A stretch of DNA of 12,182 nt, from positions 1-12,182 of the forward strand of contig JBHLOC010000076.1 in assembly GCA_048940925.1 (NCBI GenBank). Direction: 5' to 3'. The position numbers and the translations under genes are program-made. Source of the DNA: Promethearchaeota archaeon. Its GTDB lineage: Archaea > Asgardarchaeota > Lokiarchaeia > Sigyniarchaeales > SOKP01. Below the pieces are notes generated by a model. That model saw only the letters and a program-made list of their open reading frames with translations, searched no databases and was not told the DNA's origin. The stretch's first letter is position 1, and each line of letters begins with the position of its first letter. This document shows, in pieces, positions 7,493 to 12,182 of the stretch.

Positions 7493-8803
7493 TTATAAAA
7501 AAGTGTCTATGGTTTTTTGAGTTCTAATATAGTTAATCAACTTACTACTCTTTTTCCAATGTTTAAATTCAACCATCATACCTTCAGCCATTTTTTTAAT
7601 TGAATCATTAAAATTATCAAGAATCATTGGATTTATGTTTTTCATAGCATTTTTTACTGTTTCTCTAATAACCCATACCCCTAATGGTACAACATATCCT
7701 CCACGAACTTCCCTGAAGATTAGAATTCTAGCTTGTCTGCCAATCTTATATAGGTATTCACAAATTTCTTTTCGAGCAGCATAATATGCACCTGTAATAT
7801 TGCTTGCATAATTCTTCCGTCCTCTATAAAACTCAAAATCAGTTGCTATTTGAGGTGTTAAGGTGGGATTCCATAGTGATTGAGCACCCCACACCTCATT
7901 CATTTCATATGTAAACTTTCCGGGGAATAAGAGGATTCTAAAATGATTGTCAAGATAACTACTTTCATAAATACGATAATCATTAATTTCAGGAAACTTT
8001 TTGATTTCTCTAATTAAAGCTTTTGAAATTATATCATCTACGGCTGTTATACTCCAGCGAGTTGGCACAAGTCTGCGGTTCTCTTTTTTTCCAAGCAATC
8101 CCGCAGAAAATACTCTCTTAATAGTTGATTGGGGTACATGTCCTTTAAAGTAAAGATATTCTGATACAGCCTTTGTAGCATTGAGATCAGTATCTGACAC
8201 ACAGTAATCTACTTTAGGATGAACTTTAACATTTTCAGTGATTTTTATTTTCTCTGTCATTCCAGTCGGTCCAATTGGAGGCGTATGATTATCCAGCATC
8301 ATTCTGAGACTCATTTTTTTCAACTTAGTTTCAGTATCAACTGGTCGGGCTGCCATGGCTAGTTCTTGAGAAGTATCTAACAATCTCTGAATCTTTAATG
8401 GGGGTGTATTTTTTCGATTGGTTTGGCCTATTCTAACATTAGTTATAAAATTATTTCTAATTAAACTGCTTCTATATTTTACAATCTCAGCCATCTGCTT
8501 TCCGAACCATAATTCGGGAGCATCAAGAATATAATTATCATTAACACCTAAATCCAATTTGAAATCTTGATAAGGAACAAGGGGGCCTATATAGACTTTA
8601 GGATAATTAAAACGTCCGACAAAAAAGCCAGGAGGGCTAGCACCAAATACGTCTACATCTCTCATTGTTTTATCAAATTCAAAAGGAACTAAAGATTTTA
8701 AAACTGATTTTTTCAACAAGATTGGACAAGACTTTTTACCACAAAGAAGTCTTGCTCCTTTACATCGTAGACATATATTTTTTTCTGTCGGAGGTCGTAC
8801 CAC
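7493..8803 (-). CDS. nreA: Archaeal DNA repair protein Nre (DUF650/DUF651) with C-terminal PIP box
   Basis: N-terminal CLRCKGARLLCGKKSCP, GASPPGFFVGRFNYPKVYIGP, RRLVPTRWSITAVDD, GAYYAAR, YVVPLGVWVIRE, C-terminal QKTIDTFL PCNA-interaction motif. GTG start. Confidence 0.93.
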   Translation of the reverse strand: MVRPPTEKNICLRCKGARLLCGKKSCPILLKKSVLKSLVPFEFDKTMRDVDVFGASPPGFFVGRFNYPKVYIGPLVPYQDFKLDLGVNDNYILDAPELWFGKQMAEIVKYRSSLIRNNFITNVRIGQTNRKNTPPLKIQRLLDTSQELAMAARPVDTETKLKKMSLRMMLDNHTPPIGPTGMTEKIKITENVKVHPKVDYCVSDTDLNATKAVSEYLYFKGHVPQSTIKRVFSAGLLGKKENRRLVPTRWSITAVDDIISKALIREIKKFPEINDYRIYESSYLDNHFRILLFPGKFTYEMNEVWGAQSLWNPTLTPQIATDFEFYRGRKNYASNITGAYYAARKEICEYLYKIGRQARILIFREVRGGYVVPLGVWVIRETVKNAMKNINPMILDNFNDSIKKMAEGMMVEFKHWKKSSKLINYIRTQKTIDTFL

Positions 8804-8931
8804 TCTTCTCTCTCTATTAAGTTTAATTTTTATAAGAAAACTTAATATTCTTTATTATTAAAAAGGAGAAAGAGTTTAAATTTTTAATATTTATATTAAA
8901 GAAGAAATATCAACATTAATTTTATTTCTAA

Positions 8932-9513
8932 TTAAAGTATTTTGTCATAGTTTAAATTATTTAAATCTAAGACTTTTTTTGCCAACCCTTTAAAACATTT
9001 AATAATGTTTGTATTTTCTTTAGAAGAAGTTGAGATATAATCTTTTTCATTATGTTTTTGAAGGAACTGCTCAATAATCAACCTGTCAACAGAAAATTGC
9101 TTATCTTCTATTTCAGCTAAATCAAGTTTTGTCCCAATCAAAACTTTGGGACAATTTTCAAGATTATATTCTATTAACTTGTCGTACCACCAATCTAATT
9201 TCATCAGACTTTCCAATCTTAACAAATCAAAAACAAGAAATATCCCATTCGCCCCACTTATGTAATAACCAAACAAGGTTTTAAAATGTTCTTGTCCCCC
9301 AAAATCCCATATTAAAAGCCGAGCTAGGCCTTCTTCACCGTCTACTATGATTGGCATATCATATGTGTAAAAATCTATTCCAACAGTTAATTGAGTATTT
9401 AAACTAAAAGTATTATAACATAATCTTCGAGCAATACATGTTTTTCCCACACCACCATCTCCTACTAAACAAATTTTAAAAATATAATTAGGAGATTTTT
9501 CTTTTAATTCCAA
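8932..9513 (-). CDS. Ras-superfamily (Rab-like) small GTPase, copy 2
   Basis: G1 GDGGVGKT, G2 TVGIDF, G3 WDFGGQE, G4 GTKLD, G5 TSSK. TTG start with GGGGA SD-like motif upstream. No C-terminal Cys motif. Confidence 0.93.
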   Translation of the reverse strand: MELKEKSPNYIFKICLVGDGGVGKTCIARRLCYNTFSLNTQLTVGIDFYTYDMPIIVDGEEGLARLLIWDFGGQEHFKTLFGYYISGANGIFLVFDLLRLESLMKLDWWYDKLIEYNLENCPKVLIGTKLDLAEIEDKQFSVDRLIIEQFLQKHNEKDYISTSSKENTNIIKCFKGLAKKVLDLNNLNYDKIL

Positions 9514-9709
9514 CGTATTCCCCTAGGTTATTTAAATATTATAATGAAATGAATGAATTATATTTATTATTCAGTTTGAATTAATCTTATAAACTAATTT
9601 TTTAAATAAAAATATACTGCTTCTAGTTTATAGGTCTTTAAGAGATTAAAATTTAATATTTATATCTAGTTAAAGATAAAAGAAAATAAGCAGTATAACT
9701 TTAAGCAGG

Positions 9710-10285
9710 CTATAAAATTTCCTCATAAATTAAATAATGAGCATCTAATACTTTTTTCAATAAATTTTTAAAACTTTTAAGAATATTTGTATTTTCCTTA
9801 GAAGAAGTTTTAATAAAATCTTTTTCATCGTGGCTTTTAAGGAATTGTTCAATAATTAACTCATCAATTTTATGTTTTTTATCTACATTTTCAACCAAAT
9901 CAAGTTTAGTCCCAATTAGGATTTTAGGGTGATCTTGAAGATTGTATACAATTAACTGGTCATACCACCAATCCAATCTCGTTAGAGTCTCTATATCTAT
10001 TAAATCAAACACTAGAAATATGCCATTTGCTCCATTAATATAATAACTAAATAGATTTTTAAACTGTTCCTGCCCCCCAAAATCCCATATGGTAAGACGA
10101 GCAAAAGTTTCTTCACCTTTTACTATTATTGGAATATCATATGTGTAAAAATCTATTCCAATAGTCAGTTGAGTTCTCGCATCAAACGTGTCAAAACATA
10201 ATCTTCGAGCAATACACGTTTTTCCTACACCTCCACTTCCAATGAGACAAATTTTAAAAACATAACGGGGTTGTTGTTCCTTCAT
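9710..10285 (-). CDS. Ras-superfamily (Rab-like) small GTPase, copy 1
   Basis: G1 GSGGVGKT, G2 TIGIDF, G3 WDFGGQE, G4 GTKLD, G5 TSSK. Gap-free alignment to 8932..9513 with ~57 mismatches in 191 aa by manual count. Confidence 0.93.
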   Translation of the reverse strand: MKEQQPRYVFKICLIGSGGVGKTCIARRLCFDTFDARTQLTIGIDFYTYDIPIIVKGEETFARLTIWDFGGQEQFKNLFSYYINGANGIFLVFDLIDIETLTRLDWWYDQLIVYNLQDHPKILIGTKLDLVENVDKKHKIDELIIEQFLKSHDEKDFIKTSSKENTNILKSFKNLLKKVLDAHYLIYEEIL

Positions 10286-10399
10286 ATTAATCTACAATAA
10301 CTTAATATTGGGTAATTTATAATATATTGAATAAGTTTAAAATTAATAATTTCAATTTTTTATTCTTTATTAAAACTTCTTAAGATATTCTTATACCTC

Positions 10400-10451
10400 A
10401 ATCTAGATAATATTTTGTTATCTCTAATCTAGATATTACTTAATTATCACT
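10400..10451. repeat. Two tandem 26-bp imperfect direct repeats, each holding an AGATA(A/T)-N7-TTATC(T/A) inverted repeat; candidate operator
   Basis: aatctagataatattttgttatctct (10400-10425) vs aatctagatattacttaattatcact (10426-10451), 21/26 identical. Confidence 0.55.
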
Positions 10452-10539
10452 AATAAATTTAAAGAAAATAGTAATTTTTTTCACATTATAAGCATCATAT
10501 ATAAAAACTTTTAGGCACCAAAGATTAAGAATATATGAA

Positions 10540-11397
10540 TCATCCTTTGCCATAAGTTCCAATAGCATATAGAAATTCTAATCTATCTGAAAGTTCTTGC
10601 CCAAAAAACATTTTTAAATTTGGTTCACCTCTTTTGCTAAGTTGCAGGATAGAAAATAATTTTTTTTGGAAGTTTGGATGAATAGGTATGATTAGGTTTT
10701 CTGCTCCTAATAAAATACTTTTCTTAATAAGGAGGATCGCTGCATCTAAATTATTAGCAATTAAAGGCCCCAATCTTATTTGTGACAATATTTTAGAAAC
10801 TAAGGCATATCCCTCATTTTCGATGACTAAAATTTTACCACCAAGAGCGAGTCTTGCCTTTAAATATTGTGCTCTATTAAATCCCATAGCTTCACTGTCA
10901 AGATTTATCACCCAATCCGGTAAATAATTGATTTCTCTTAGATCTTTTTCTTTCATATTTATATTTGGAAATTGATTAGGTAGAAAATACATATCTGCGT
11001 AGTAGCTTCCTTGGAAACCATATTTTTTGTATATAGGCTCTCCTAATTTTGATGCATACAAAATAATAGTCTTAATATCCAGATTCAAACTTAATTGTAT
11101 TAGATTTTTGAAGAGTGCAGAACCTACTCCTCGACTTCGATAATCGGGTAACACTCCCATATAACCTATACTAGCAACATCGTGATATAGAAATAACCCT
11201 CCTGCGCCAATTATTCTATCATCAATTAAAGCAATAAGAAATCTAGCAATATTCTCATTAATTAAGTATAACCATACTTTTTTCTCTTCTTCCAACTGAT
11301 CATAAAAGGTTCGACCAAAAGCTGTCAAAAAAACTTTGATAGCCCTAAGAATTTCATCTTCTTTTAGTTCTCTAATTATATAAGGTTTCATTTTCAA
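10540..11397 (-). CDS. GNAT-family N-acetyltransferase with second (YitH-like) C-terminal domain
   Basis: IGYMGVLPDYRSRGVGSAL (motif A), LYASKLGEPIYKKYGF (motif B), C-terminal LDSEAMGFNR...RLGPLIA. Confidence 0.88.
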   Translation of the reverse strand: MKMKPYIIRELKEDEILRAIKVFLTAFGRTFYDQLEEEKKVWLYLINENIARFLIALIDDRIIGAGGLFLYHDVASIGYMGVLPDYRSRGVGSALFKNLIQLSLNLDIKTIILYASKLGEPIYKKYGFQGSYYADMYFLPNQFPNINMKEKDLREINYLPDWVINLDSEAMGFNRAQYLKARLALGGKILVIENEGYALVSKILSQIRLGPLIANNLDAAILLIKKSILLGAENLIIPIHPNFQKKLFSILQLSKRGEPNLKMFFGQELSDRLEFLYAIGTYGKG

Positions 11398-11412
11398 TTA
11401 TTTTAAGATCTT

Positions 11413-12003
11413 TTATAATTTTCTACATACCAACTCTCCTTTACCAATCGGGACTACTAAAGCATCTACACGTTTATCTCCTAAAGCTTTATCTATCATC
11501 GGTTTTAACGTCTCATAATGATTAATTGCATTATCAGCTACAAATATTCCCCCTTTAACCATATTTGGTATAACCAGATCATAACAATCCTCATATATCT
11601 CTTTTTCAGCATCTAAAAAACAGAACGATATATTATCATATTGTTCTATATAATTTCTAGCATCACCTTCGATTAATTCGATATATCCCTCCATATTCGT
11701 TTCTTTGAAGGTTTCTCTTGCCAAATCAATTTTTTCTTTTAAAACTTCAAATGTTGTTAATTTCCTTCCATATAATCTACAAGCAAGACCAATCCATAGA
11801 GCAGAATACCCCGCACTAGTACCAATTTCAATATACTTTCCTTCTGGGGCACATGTCGCTAGTATTGAAAGAAATTTTCCAGTCTCAGGAGGGATTTGAC
11901 GAAGTCTTGTTAATCGTGGTGTCCCATCGGTTCTATCTCTCGAATCAATTTCTTCTAGATAGCGCATTCTATTTCTTATATTCTCAGATATGTTATGAAA
12001 CAT
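11413..12003 (-). CDS. Class I SAM-dependent O-methyltransferase (caffeoyl-CoA OMT/YrrM-like)
   Basis: [45 protein letters not shown] at 12011-12016. Confidence 0.9.
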   Translation of the reverse strand: MFHNISENIRNRMRYLEEIDSRDRTDGTPRLTRLRQIPPETGKFLSILATCAPEGKYIEIGTSAGYSALWIGLACRLYGRKLTTFEVLKEKIDLARETFKETNMEGYIELIEGDARNYIEQYDNISFCFLDAEKEIYEDCYDLVIPNMVKGGIFVADNAINHYETLKPMIDKALGDKRVDALVVPIGKGELVCRKL

Positions 12004-12027
12004 TTAAATATCTCCTATTTTTATGTT

Positions 12028-12182
12028 CTATCTTAGATTTGGGATAACATCATTAGCAAGAATTGTTAAATTTTCAACTTCTTTCGGTTCAAAGAAAGGA
12101 AAATAGAGGATAAATTCATTTATCCCTATTTCTTCTTTATATCTTTGAACAATTTTCCGAAAACTTTCTTTAGAATTAATAA
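12028..12182 (-). CDS. Partial (C-terminal 50 aa) probable LLM-class (luciferase-like) flavin/F420 oxidoreductase
   Basis: Not in ORF track; hand translation ...INSKESFRKIVQRYKEEIGINEFILYFPFFEPKEVENLTILANDVIPNLR* resembles the LLM C-terminal pattern (Y.E.G..E.IL...L...A.EV.P.L). Only a short fragment is visible. Confidence 0.6.
   Translation of the reverse strand, partial: INSKESFRKIVQRYKEEIGINEFILYFPFFEPKEVENLTILANDVIPNLR

Noticed and set aside
8932-10285. Roco (Roc-COR) proteins, suggested by WDFGGQE and TKxD
   Set aside because: Both are standalone ~190-aa G domains with no LRR or COR domain, and they carry RabF-like motifs.
7493-10285. Functional link between NreA and the GTPase pair
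   Set aside because: Only co-orientation across a 128-nt AT-rich gap; nothing in the sequence supports coupling.
10400-10451. Mini-CRISPR array
   Set aside because: Only two directly adjacent units, no spacer, no cas genes.
893-12047. Short ORFs in the track (893-1075, 979-1173, 2910-3137, 3283-3483, 3975-4232, 5272-5721, 5853-6044, 6696-7019, 10688-10927, 11705-11899, 11853-12047)
   Set aside because: All are antisense shadows overlapping well-supported genes and show no recognisable motifs.

Overview
AT-rich, gene-dense archaeal window, most likely from an Asgard archaeon (Lokiarchaeia-like). This is inferred from tandem Rab-like small GTPases, an archaeal Nre repair gene with a PIP box, oligo-T terminators and a sequon-rich secreted protein. 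Contents in order: 5' part of a secreted glycoprotein (-); an unannotated decayed copy of the C-terminus of the neighbouring LeuA/homocitrate-synthase-like gene (-); a membrane protein made of six tandem His-bearing 2TM-like hairpins (+); a divergent DRE-TIM (LeuA/homocitrate synthase-like) enzyme (-); a nitroreductase (+); then a minus-strand run of QueT, a DUF362 Fe-S protein, a nitronate monooxygenase/FabK-like flavoprotein, NreA, two ~70%-identical small GTPases, a GNAT, an O-methyltransferase and the 3' end of an LLM-class oxidoreductase. No RNA genes, CRISPR array or mobile element were recognised. Most notable: the 6x2TM protein with 12 conserved His, the paralog remnant flanking it, and the GTPase pair mixing Rab and Rho/Rac motifs with an upstream tandem operator-like repeat.
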